From Alphaproteobacteria bacterium (GTDB lineage Bacteria; Pseudomonadota; Alphaproteobacteria; Bin95), in contig OZ219787.1 in the NCBI GenBank assembly GCA_964291285.2, positions 1,824,001 through 1,888,000 of the forward strand: a stretch of DNA of 64,000 nucleotides, written 5' to 3'. The translations under genes were made by a program, and so were the position numbers. Positions within the stretch are counted from its first letter, which is position 1, and each line of letters starts with the position of its first letter. This document shows positions 10,525-20,484 of this stretch, in pieces. The notes below the pieces were generated by a model, which made no database searches, was not told where the DNA came from, and saw nothing but the letters and a program-made list of their open reading frames with translations.

Positions 10525-10762
10525 CCGTGAAACAGATTCGGTCGAGGGGCGCGCGGAGCGGTTCCAACGCCGTGTTGCGGCGTTGGCGGGTATGGCCGGG
10601 ATCGGCTCGGCGGAGACGAGCGGTGGACTTCCCCGATGTGGCCCTTGGCGGTCCCGCGTTGCCGTCTGGCGTGTTTCAGGGGGCTCAGGCGGCGTTGAGT
10701 TCTGGCGCGTTGACGGGTGCGATGTAGCCGTATCGTCGGAGCATGCGGATCCATCGGGGGGC
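10521..10762 (-). mobile_element. Right-end remnant of an unidentified element ending TTTCACGGCAAA
   Basis: Minus strand reads ...PRWIRMLRRYGYIAPVNAPELNAA* (stop 10685), then ~160 bp ending TTTCACGGCAAA, the same terminus as the 207-bp unit. Confidence 0.45.
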
Positions 10763-11385
10763 GGGTGTACGTCTGATTTGCCGTGAAAATGGTTGGGGAT
10801 CGGGCGCACAAAACCCCTCCCCGCCAAAGCACTGCTCCCGAGGCGTCCGATACTCGCCATCTGCGGCGCCCGTCTTGCGGACCGTGACCGGTAGGCAACC
10901 CCGTAAAAGCCCGAAGTCCCGCCCGCGCGGCCGGCACCTGTTTTCATGATACGGGGTGGCCGACCCGCCCGGCAATGGACGTTTTGCCGTGAAAATGGTT
11001 GGGGATCGGGCGCACAAAAACCCCACCCCGCCAAAGCACTGCTCCCGAGGCGTCCGATACTCGCCATCTGCGGCGCCCGTCTTGCGGACCGTGACCGGTA
11101 GGCAACCCCGTAAAAGCCCGAAGTCCCGCCCGCGCGGCCGGCACCTGTTTTCATGATACGGGGTGGCCGATCCGCCCGGCAATGGACGTTTTGTGAGATT
11201 CATGCTCTTGCGCTGGCGTGCCGTTCCCAGAAGTCGTCGAAGCGGTTGCTTTCGACGGCGCAGCGCAGGGCGATGATGGCGTTGGCGCCGTCGACGGTCC
11301 AGCGCATGCCGCCTTGCTTGAGGCGGGCGCCGACGATGTTCTTGCAGCCTCCCTCGACCACGCCGGAGGCAACGCACAGGCCCAC
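10763..11385 (-). mobile_element. ISKra4-family right-end remnant, with its IR split by two 207-bp units
   Basis: C-terminus GLCVASGVVEGGCKNIVGARLKQGGMRWTVDGANAIIALRC...FDDFWE; removing the units restores the end ATCTCACAAATCAGACGTACACCC. Confidence 0.75.
10778..11193 (-). repeat. Head-to-tail tandem pair of a 206/207-bp non-coding unit
   Basis: CCGTGAAAATGG starts at 10781 and 10987, with the last junction at 11193; third copy in inverted orientation at 13581-19470. Confidence 0.95.
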
Positions 11386-12502
11386 CGCCGTCGTTTCGTC
11401 CGGGAACACCCTGTTCCAGTCCCCGAAGGGCTGGTTTGCGGTGATCGGCAGGGATCGCCGCTCGTAGCGCGCCGAGATGAGTTCGAAGAGGACGCTGGTC
11501 TCGGCCCGGTCCTTCTGGACATAGGCGATGTCGTCGAGGATCGGCAGGTGGTAGCGGTCGAGCCTGGCCAGCATGGCTTCCAGAGCGAGCTCGCGGCGCG
11601 CGACCTGCATGCGCTGCACCAGATCGGTGGTGCGGGTGAAGAAGACACGGTATCCGTTCTCGACCGGGGCAAGGCCGATGGCGGACGCCAGATGGCTCTT
11701 GCCGACGCCTGGCGGTCCGAAGATGAGGCAGTTGGCGCCCTGGTCGAGCCAGGCGTCGCCGACGGCCAGGGCATTGACCTGTGCCTTCGAGATCATCGGC
11801 ACGACGCTGAAGTCGAAGGCGTCGAGGGTCTTGCCCGGGATCGGCCTGGCTTGCCTGAGATGGCGTTCGATGCGCCTGCGGTCGCGCTCGGCGAGCTCGT
11901 GCTCGACGAGGGTTGCGAGGAAGCGAGCGGCGGTCCATCCCTCGGCGTCGGCCCTCTTGGCGAAGCTCTGCCAGAGCTGGTTGATCGTCGGCAGGCGCAG
12001 ATCGGTGAGCATCGGGGAGAGCTTGATGGCGTCGACCTTGTTGGGATCGGCGGCGATCCTGTCCCGGTTGTCGGTCATACCACGCCTCCCGCGTCGAGCA
12101 GGGTGCCATAGCCGGCAAGGAGCGGCCTGGCGATGCGGATGCTGGGCATGCTCCCCGGGTGCGGTGCGAAGCGCGCCTTGAGCTTGTCGAGATCGGGGAG
12201 CCGGTCGGCATTGAGGGCCTTGTCGATGGAGTGGGCGAGATCGGCCTCGCAGTTCTCCTCGTGGGCGAGCGCCAGGAGGGCGACCGCGAGCCGGCAGGCC
12301 CGGCGCTCGCCCACCCGCTCCAGGGCCGTCTCGAAGCAGCGCCGGCAGGCCTCGCGCCGGAACAGCGCGTCGCGATAGACCGGGTTCAGGAGCGCCATCG
12401 GCTTCTTCTTCAGCGAGTGGATGACGTGGCGGTAGTTGACGACATGAGCGTTGGGGCCGGTAGCGCCGGCGCGTCCGCGCGGCAGGGTGAGCATATGGGT
12501 AC
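11381..12502 (-). pseudogene. istB: IS21 remnant: istA 3' end (12075-12502) and 3'-truncated istB (to ~11381)
   Basis: Closely similar to the intact IS21 at 40339-43126; GPPGVGKS Walker A; istB is joined in frame to the ISKra4 tail. Confidence 0.85.
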
Positions 12503-12518
12503 TACCAACGGCGCTGGT

Positions 12519-13578
12519 TCAGAACCCATTGGCCCATTTTCGGGTTCCGATGGAGGCGATGCGTTCTGGTTGTGAGACGAGATTGTTCCAGGCCTGGCAG
12601 CAGTGATCGAGTATGTCGTCGTAGTTCTGGAAGACGCGGTTCGAGAGCCGGTTTTCGCGCATGAACTGCCAGACATTCTCGACAGGATTGAGCTCGGGGG
12701 ACCGGGGCGGGAGCGGCATGAGGGTTATGTTGTCGGGCACTTGGAGGGTCGAGGAGGTGTGCCATCCGGCCCGGTCGAGCATGACGAGGGCATGGGCTCC
12801 GGGTTCAACGGTGAGGGCGATCCCGGCGAGGTGGGCGTTGAGTGCCTCCGTGTTGGCGTGGGGCATGACGAGGCCGGCGGCCTTGCCCTTATGCGGGCAT
12901 ATGGCGCCGAAGATGTAGGCCGGGATGGTTCTCTGGTCCTTGGGGGCTGACGGTCGGGTGCCGCGTTTCGCCCATCGCCGGGTGATCTTGTTCTTCTGCC
13001 CGACGCGCGCCTCGTCCTGCCACCAGACTTCGACCTCGACGCCGTCACCGAGTGCAGCGCGGATGTCCCTCAGGCGGTCGGGGAAGTTTTTTTGAACGCC
13101 GCCAACGCAGCTTCGTCCCGGGCATAGTGGCGCGGGCGCGCAGAGAGCCTGGCGTAGCCCATGCGACGCAACTCCTGTCCGACCGTCGTCACCCCCAGCG
13201 ACACGCCGAACTGCTCGCTGAGCCATGCCGCCAGGTCGCAGCGCCGCCACCGCACCACGCCGTGGATCGCCGGGTCCGGACCACTCTCCACTACCGCCGC
13301 CAGGGCCGCGCGCTGTTCCTCGCTCAGTTTGTAAGCCGGACCCGGAGCCTTGCGGTTCACCAGGCCCGCCGGACCCGCCACGTTGAAGCGCAGCACCCAG
13401 TCCCGAATGATCTGCAGCCCCACACCCGCTACCGCGCCGCGTCCAAACGACGATGACCGTCGTAGATCAGCGCCAGCGCCAGAAGACGACGGCTCTGTCC
13501 CCCGTCCCGGCTCCGCTTCGCAAGACCACGCAAGGCAGCCGCATCGAAATCCCCCCGCAACGGGATCGCCGCTCCCAT
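12519..13578 (-). pseudogene. IS630 transposase (HTH part plus DDE part)
   Basis: WWQDEARVG, LDRAGWH, SPELNPVENVW; slippery TTCAAAAAAAC near 13090 (probably programmed) plus an extra frameshift near 13430. Confidence 0.85.
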
Positions 13579-16512
13579 CACAAACGTCCATTGCCGGGCG
13601 GGTCGGCCACCCCGTATCATGAAAACAGGTGCCGGCCGCGCGGGCGGGACTTCGGGCTTGTACGGGGTTGCCTACCGGTCACGGTCCGCAAGACGGGCGC
13701 CGCAGATGGCGAGTATCGGACGCCTCGATCGTGTCCCGAGCCGTGGTGTAAGAGCCTGGCGCCCGTGGCGGTGTCCGGCGGGTAGGGCCGGTAGGCTCAG
13801 GCTGCCACGGCGGGCAGCTTGACGGTTGCATTGTCGCTCACGGGAGCGATGGATTCCAGCGTTACGTATCTGGCTCTCTGGACGGCCCATTCGTCGTTCT
13901 GCTCGAGCAGGATGGCACCGATCAGGCGGGTGATGGCGTTCTCGTTGGGGAAGATGCCGACGGTGTTGGTGCGCCGCTTGATCTCGCCATGGAGGCGTTC
14001 GAGCGGGTTTGTGGAGTGCAGCTTGGCGCGATGCGCGGCCGGGAAGGTCATGTAGGCGAGAACATCGTGCTCGGCCTCGTCCATGATGGCGGCGAGCTTC
14101 GGCGCCTTGGGCCTGAGCTGGTCGGCGACCTGGCGCCACTGGGCGGAGGCGCTGTCTGCATCCTCCTGGGCGAAGGCGGTGGTGACGAAGGCGGAGACGA
14201 CGCGCCGGCCCTGCTTGCCGGCATGGGCGAGCAGGTTGCGCATGAAATGCACGCGGCATCTCTGCCATGTGGCGCCGAGGATGCGGGTCGCGGCGGCCTT
14301 CAGGCCCTTGTGGTCGTCGGAGATCACCAGCTTGACGCCGCGCAGGCCGCGCCGGGCGAGCGAGCGCAGGAAGTCGGTCCAGAAGGTCTCGGCCTCGGAC
14401 GCGCCGATCGCCATGCCGAGCACCTCGCGCCGGCCCTGGTCGTTGACCGCCACCGCGATGGTGACCGCGACCGAGACGATGCGCCCGGCCTCGCGCATCT
14501 TCACATAGGTCGCGTCCAGCCACAGATACGGCCAGTCGCCCTCCAGCGGCCGGTCGAGGAAGTCGCGGATCTTGTCGTCGATCTCGCCGCACAGCCTGGA
14601 CACCTGGCTCTTGGAGATGCCCGACATGCCCATCGCCTGCACCAGGTCGTCGACCGAGCGGGTGGATACGCCCTTGATGTAGGCCTCCTGGATCACCGCC
14701 GTCAGCGCCTTCTCCGCCATCCGCCGCGGCTCAAGGAAGCCCGGGAAGTAGCTCCCCTTGCGCAGCTTCGGGATCTTCAGCTCGACCGTGCCGGCGCGCG
14801 TCTCCCAGACCCGGTCGCGGTAGCCGTTGCGGTGCGTGATCCGGTCCGGCGAACGCTCGCCGTGCCCGGCGCCCGCAAGGCCCTCAACCTCAGACTTCCT
14901 GACCTCGTGACGATGTTTGTTGCGGGCGGCGTTCTGGGAACTTTTTGAGTTCGGTTCATTTTTCGTCTGTTTCGGCTGATTTTCGCTGGCTGCCGTGTCC
15001 AGGTTCGGGTATTTTAATTTGACACTGGATACGAGATTTCAACCATGTCGATTACCCTTCCCCTGAGCCCTCCGGAGGCGGTTCCGATCGGCAGCAGTTG
15101 TTTCGCCATTCTGATTTCGGACGACAGCTTCACCTACTTCTCCAACCTCGTTCCCTTTGACAGCCACGCCGCCGATGACCGCGCGGCCATGCTGTTGCGG
15201 ATCGGCCGCCTGGCTGCGATCAGCGCGGTCTCGCGGCAGGATCTGGCCGACGCTTTCGGTGTCTCGCGTGCAACGGTCCAGCGCGCACGACGGCGCTACC
15301 TGGCCGAGGGCGAAGCGGAGTTTCTGAAGCCCCGGCGCGGTCGGGGACCTTCGGTGTTCACGCCGGAGCTGGCGGAGAAAGCGACGGCGTTGCTGGAAGG
15401 GGGCCTGAGCGGCTCTGCGGTGGCCCGAGTTCTCGGCGTGTCAGCGCCGTCGGTCAACAAGTGGCGGCGGCAGGGGGTGATCGGCAACGCGGAGGCGTGT
15501 CGGGAGCGCGGCAGCGCGGCAGTGGCGGTGCCGCCTGACGCGGGTGGGGCGCCCGAGGGCAGTGTCGATGACGAGAGTGCCGGTGCCGCCGGGCCGGCGA
15601 CGGCAGCGGGGCTGGAGGCGCAGACGGATCGCAGCGCGCGCGACCGGCGGGACCGGCAGGCGCCGATGGGGCGCGCGACTTGCGATGTCCGGGCTCGGGT
15701 GTTGGCCAGCTGCGGGCAGGCGGGACCGGTCGAACCGCAGTTCACCGCCGCCGCCCGCGGCGTGCGCTTTGGCGGCGTTCTCGCCGCCCTGCCGGCCCTG
15801 CTGAAGGAAGGCCTGCTCTGCGAGACCGGCCTCCTGCCGTTGCTGTCGAAGGGCTACTACGGCCTGCCCACGATCCTGCTCTTCCTGGCCTTCATGACCC
15901 TGGCGCGGGTGCGCAACCCCGAGAGCCTGCGCTACCAGGCACCGGGCGAATGGGGTGCGGTTCTCGGTCTCGACCGCTGCCCCGAGGTCAAGACGCTACG
16001 GCGCAAGATCGGGCTCATGGCCAACGACGAAGCCAGCGTGCAGGCGTGGCAGCTCGCTCTTGCGAGACGCTGGCAGGAGGAGGAGCCCGAGCTCTGGGCG
16101 ACGCTGGCCGTTGACGGGCACGTCAAGGTCTACGCCGGCCGCAAGGGGCGCCTGCCCAAAAACACTTCGTCTCGCGCGAGAAGCTGTGCCTGCCGGCGAG
16201 CACCAGCTACTGGATCAACGCCTTGGGCGGCAAGCCCCTGCTGTGCCTGCACAAGCCGCTGGACCCGAAGATGGTCGCCGCGATCGAATCCGACGTGGTG
16301 CCGGCGTTGCAGGCGCTCGGGATCGTCGACGCCGGGACAGCGGACCTGACCGCCGGGCAGCCCGGCCAGCCCGTGCTCACACTGGTCTTCGACCGCGAGG
16401 GCTGGAGCCCGGAGCTGTTTCGCCGGCTGGCCAGGCGCGGCATTGCCTGCCTGACCTGGCACAAGAACTTCAGGGGCGGGGACTGGCCGGCCGAGGACTT
16501 CAGTGCGATGAT

Positions 16513-18208
16513 CCTAAATCCGGCAGTTGACAGGCTTGATCGCTGTCTCGGGGTAGTGTGAACGGCCGGATTTGGGCGTGGATTTCAGCACGTGGTCGCG
16601 GCCCTGGGTGGCGGCAGCCAGGGTTGACGCCCCGGTTCGCGGCCATGGAGGTATTTCCTGAGCGCCTCGGCGAGGATGCGGCGCCAGCGATCCCCGGCGC
16701 TCAACTGCTCCGCAGTTTGCGTCAGCGACCGGAAGAAGCCGGCGATCCGGCGCAGCGCCGCCATCACCGTCTTGCGACGCCCGTGATGGGAGGTCACCGT
16801 CAGCCGGGTCTGGCCGGCGTGGTGGGTCTGGCGGGCAACCCCGTGCAGGAGCAGCGGCCGGCTGGTGATCGCCTCGCGGTGATGGTCGGGGTCGGCGAGG
16901 CGCACGAACAGGCTCCACCAGTTGTAGATGAGCGCGACCAGCCGGGCCATGTGCCGGCAGCGCGTCAGGTCGCGCGTGGTGAAGCCGCCCCAACCCCACT
17001 GGTTCTTCAACTCGTCGAAGCCGTTCTCCGCGTCCGCCCGGTCGCGGTAGAGCTGGGCCAGCGAGCGTATCTCCAGGTCCAGCGAGGTCGCCAGCACCGC
17101 GAACTCCCACACCCCGGTGCCGGGCTGCGCCTCGGTCCAGAACAGCTCGCCCTGGGCCTTGTCGCCACGCGTCAGCGCCAGCGTCGCAGGAAGCCGCCGG
17201 CGCAGCACCACAACCCGGCGCGTCCGGCTCCAGCCCTGCAGACGCAGATCGGCCCCGATCCCCGACCAGCCCTGGCCTGCATCCTCCCAGCCGTCCCGCG
17301 CCATCAGCCGCTCGGCAAGCCGGCGCGCCCCCTTCGTCAGGCGCAGCTTGAACAGATAGTCCGGACCCGCAGCCTCGCACGACGCCATGTTGGCCTCGCT
17401 GCCCCAGTCCTTGTCGCCCCGCACCAGACGCGGCCAGCGATCCCGCCCAAGACGGTCGAGCAACGCCCACAAGGACGGCGCCGCGCGCCTCGAATGGTGA
17501 TGGTTGCCCGGCGCCACCTCGACATCCAGAACAAGCCGCGTGCCCGCCATCAGGAACGCATGGCAGGCGTGCGAGGGGCGGCCCGGCTTCTTCGGGTTGT
17601 AGCTCACAACCGCTCCCTCCTGACGACCGTAAAGCGCCTTGATCGTCGTGTCGCAGTCCAGAACCCACGGCTCCCTCAGCAGCGGACGGACCACCTCGTC
17701 CAGATGGCCCTGAAGCCACGATGTGCCGACATCCGCACCGATCCGCTCCAGACCGCGCCGCACCGAATCCTCGCTCGCAACCTTGTCCATACCCAGCAGC
17801 GCAGGGTTCACCCCGTCGCCGCGCAGCGACGTGATGTGCGCATAGCGGGACTGCCCCGCCAGAACCGACAGAAGAACCGTCCCCAGGACATCCCGCTTCG
17901 ACGGCGCGTTCGGGCTCGTGTAGTGCAGCGGGCAGTCCGCAACCAAAGCGTCAAAGCGACCGCTTACCTTCAGGTATTCCGAGAAAAACGCCAGATGCCC
18001 CAGCGGCGTCACCGCCGCATCAGGGTCCCATTCCACATGAACCGCGCCGCCGAAGGTGTCCACCTTCACCGACGCTCGGGCGACATCCCGCACAGCGCCA
18101 GGATAATCACCCAAAGGGTGAGCCTCTTCGGCCCCTGAAAAGCCGCTCATACCCGCAGACTACAAGGGATTCGGCAAGGCCAAGCCATCCTCAACTGCCG
18201 GATTTAGG
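16513..18208 (-). mobile_element. IS1380-family element, intact
   Basis: TIR CCTAAATCCGGCAGTTGA at both ends; 5-bp TSD ATGAT. Confidence 0.9.
16585..18150 (-). CDS. IS1380-family transposase
   Basis: 521 aa; LDCDTT, VRGDKDWG, YRDRADAENGFDELK (DDE with YREK-like motif). Confidence 0.85.
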   Translation of the reverse strand: MSGFSGAEEAHPLGDYPGAVRDVARASVKVDTFGGAVHVEWDPDAAVTPLGHLAFFSEYLKVSGRFDALVADCPLHYTSPNAPSKRDVLGTVLLSVLAGQSRYAHITSLRGDGVNPALLGMDKVASEDSVRRGLERIGADVGTSWLQGHLDEVVRPLLREPWVLDCDTTIKALYGRQEGAVVSYNPKKPGRPSHACHAFLMAGTRLVLDVEVAPGNHHHSRRAAPSLWALLDRLGRDRWPRLVRGDKDWGSEANMASCEAAGPDYLFKLRLTKGARRLAERLMARDGWEDAGQGWSGIGADLRLQGWSRTRRVVVLRRRLPATLALTRGDKAQGELFWTEAQPGTGVWEFAVLATSLDLEIRSLAQLYRDRADAENGFDELKNQWGWGGFTTRDLTRCRHMARLVALIYNWWSLFVRLADPDHHREAITSRPLLLHGVARQTHHAGQTRLTVTSHHGRRKTVMAALRRIAGFFRSLTQTAEQLSAGDRWRRILAEALRKYLHGREPGRQPWLPPPRAATTC

Positions 18209-19602
18209 ATGATCGTTCCCATTCACGGACCCGCGGCGAACGCCAGCGCCACCATGCTGCTGGCCGAGAAGCCGGTGACGTTGAAGAACGGCTTCAGGGT
18301 GCGCCAGATCCGCCGCCTGCTCGACAACGGCCGTCAGGTTCCGCTGGTCACCACCGATCCGCACAAGCCGGTGGCGGAGGCCGCAGGCGCCTTGTTCTCG
18401 CGCTGGTCGCAGGAAAACTTCTTCAAATACATGCGCGACGAGTTCAATCTCGACGCCCTGCCGACCCACGAGATCGAGCCTCTCGCTGCCGATACCATGG
18501 TCGTCAGCCCGCTGCGGCGGGCCTACGACAAGGCAATCCGCCGCCTCGACCACCAGCTTGGCCGCCTGCGCAACCGCATCGCCGACGCCGCCCACAGGAA
18601 GCAGCCGACGGGCGAACTCAAGAGGGAACTCAGGGACCTCGAGGGCGGCCGTGAGATTGTCAGATCCAGCCGCAGGGAGGTGCCCACGCACTGCCGGGCC
18701 GGCGACCTCGACGAAGCCGGACAGCTCAATGCCTTGCCCTCACGCGAGCGCCTCCTACTCGACATCATCCGCATGATCGCCTACCGCGCTGAAACCCGCT
18801 TGATGCTTCCCGTCATGCAGGCGCAGGGCCACAAGCCCCACCCACGGAAACTGCTTCAGGCACTCTTCACCGCCGATGCCGACATCCTGCCGGACCCTGC
18901 CAACGGCGTCCTGCGGGTCCGCATTCTCGGCCTCGCAAATGACGCCTGCGACCGCCAGATCAAGCCTCTTCTGGCCGAACTCAACGCCACCGAAACGCAC
19001 TTCCCCGGCAACCGTATGCGCATGGTCTACGAGGTCGGCATAACCCCAAAATCCGCGCGCACCGGTGCCAAACAAAATTAGCAGAGGTCAGGAAGTCTGA
19101 ACCTCAAGCGCCATCAGACGCGCGGCCGTGAACCCGATCATCTCGCGAAGCAGATCGGCGTCGGAACTCTTCTCCAACAGCGCCCGCAGGGTCATCATGT
19201 CGGTGGTGGTCATCGTGGTACTCCTCCGGTCGGATGGACTGTGGAAGCCCAACCCTACCGGCACCGCGATGGTCATCCGCTATGGATAAGTGGCCCGCCG
19301 CCGCCAGACTCCAGACGGTCGCGGCGGCGGGCCACTTACCCACAGCTACCGATGGTGGCTCCAGCTCCTACACCACGCCTGGGGGCACGACCGACGCCTC
19401 GGGAGCAGTGCTTTGGCGGGGTGGGGTTTTTGTGCGCCCGATCCCCAACCATTTTCACGGCAAAACGTCCAATTCAACCCGCCCACCTTGAATCAGAAAC
19501 CGAACCGGAAGGGAAGCCTCTTCGTATCCGTTCGGGTTCCGGGGGATGAGGATTGGGTTATCCGCTTGTCGGCATTTTCACACCGGGGCGACGGTTGTGC
19601 TT

Positions 19603-20484
19603 CTACCGATTGAGGGTGCGTTGCCAGTCTTTTCGCAGTGTGCGGAGCCAGATGTCCTTTTTCGGCTGGTCTCGTTTGTTGTGCCTGTCGTAGCGTCCCC
19701 GGCCCTGGGTGGTCCCGACGCGGGTCCAGCCCGATGCGCGGTATACGGCACCGGTGTAGCGGGGCGTTTCGACGAAGGTCTCGATGAGCACCGGCGTGAT
19801 GTTGTAGCGCCCGGTCCAGTCGATGGGCAGGCGGCGGCGCACGATGGCGAGGATGTGCGAGCCGAGGTTGGGGATCTCGATCCAGGGCAGGATCAGGAAG
19901 CGCGGGTTGTCGACGACGAGAGGAAGGTTCTTTTCGCGCAGTTCGGGCGTCCATCCGATGAAGCGGTCGCGCGGGGCGAGCTTCCATGCGGCGGTGGAGA
20001 AGCCGAGCATGGCGACGGGCCAGCCGTTGCGGTCGTGGACGGCATAGCGCATCTGGGCGCCGACCAGTGTCTTGTGTCCGAGATAGTGGTAGCGGGCGAT
20101 GAACTCGTTCCAGAGCCTGCCTTCGCGGGTGCTGTGCACGACGGTGCGGAAGTCGAGCGGGCGGACCTCGTCGAGGGTCGTGGGCGCCGGGAACAGCGGC
20201 GGTTCGGTGTCGGGTCCGAACTGGACCGGCCTGGGCCGGTGCTGCCGCCCCCTCGGCGGCGGCAGCTCGATGAGCCCGTCCTTGTGCATGGCGAGCATGG
20301 CGACACGGGCCATCATGTCCTTCAGTCCGCCGTCGGGCTTGAGCCAGCCGATGCGCCGGCAGAACTCGATCGACAGGGCGCGGCGGGAGAGCGGGGCGGG
20401 ATCGGCGATCAGGGCACGCAGCAGCGCCATTTCATCTTCGGTGAAGTCGCGCCCGTAATAGCGACACTCGACCGCGCCGGTCAT
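19603..20484 (-). CDS. DUF4338 (DruA-like) domain protein
   Basis: YYGRDFT..E, WNEFIARYHYLG, VVDNPRFLILPW, ETFVE..RYTGAVYRASGW..VG.TQGRGR; ATG overlaps the tnpC stop. Confidence 0.8.
   Translation of the reverse strand: MTGAVECRYYGRDFTEDEMALLRALIADPAPLSRRALSIEFCRRIGWLKPDGGLKDMMARVAMLAMHKDGLIELPPPRGRQHRPRPVQFGPDTEPPLFPAPTTLDEVRPLDFRTVVHSTREGRLWNEFIARYHYLGHKTLVGAQMRYAVHDRNGWPVAMLGFSTAAWKLAPRDRFIGWTPELREKNLPLVVDNPRFLILPWIEIPNLGSHILAIVRRRLPIDWTGRYNITPVLIETFVETPRYTGAVYRASGWTRVGTTQGRGRYDRHNKRDQPKKDIWLRTLRKDWQRTLNR

Larger units (their letters stand above)
14891..19099 (+). mobile_element. Unclassified DDE element (777-aa type), disrupted copy
   Basis: Perfect 16-bp TIR CAGACTTCCTGACCTC; 5-bp TSD AACCT; ORF 15045-19081 broken by a +2 A-run slip near 16160 and by IS1380. 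Confidence 0.9.
13727..19392 (-). mobile_element. IS256-family element; transposase (19213 to 13797) interrupted at 14890/19100
   Basis: TIRs GATCGTGTCCCGAGCCGTGGTGTA / GGTCGTGCCCCCAGGCGTGGTGTA; 8-bp TSD GACGCCTC; [35 protein letters not shown]. Confidence 0.95.
13581..19470 (+). repeat. Third copy of the 207-bp unit, split by IS256
   Basis: 13581-13726 plus 19401-19470 rebuild the unit, with only a few substitutions against the tandem copies. Confidence 0.9.

Noticed and set aside
19482-19500. Second IS1634-like end (CCCACCTTGAATCAG) forming a MITE with 29222-29236
   Set aside because: Better explained as part of the IS630 left non-coding region; weak match and no TSD.
19603-20484. Druantia defence system
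   Set aside because: Only a DUF4338 gene inside an IS66; no DruE helicase or other dru genes.
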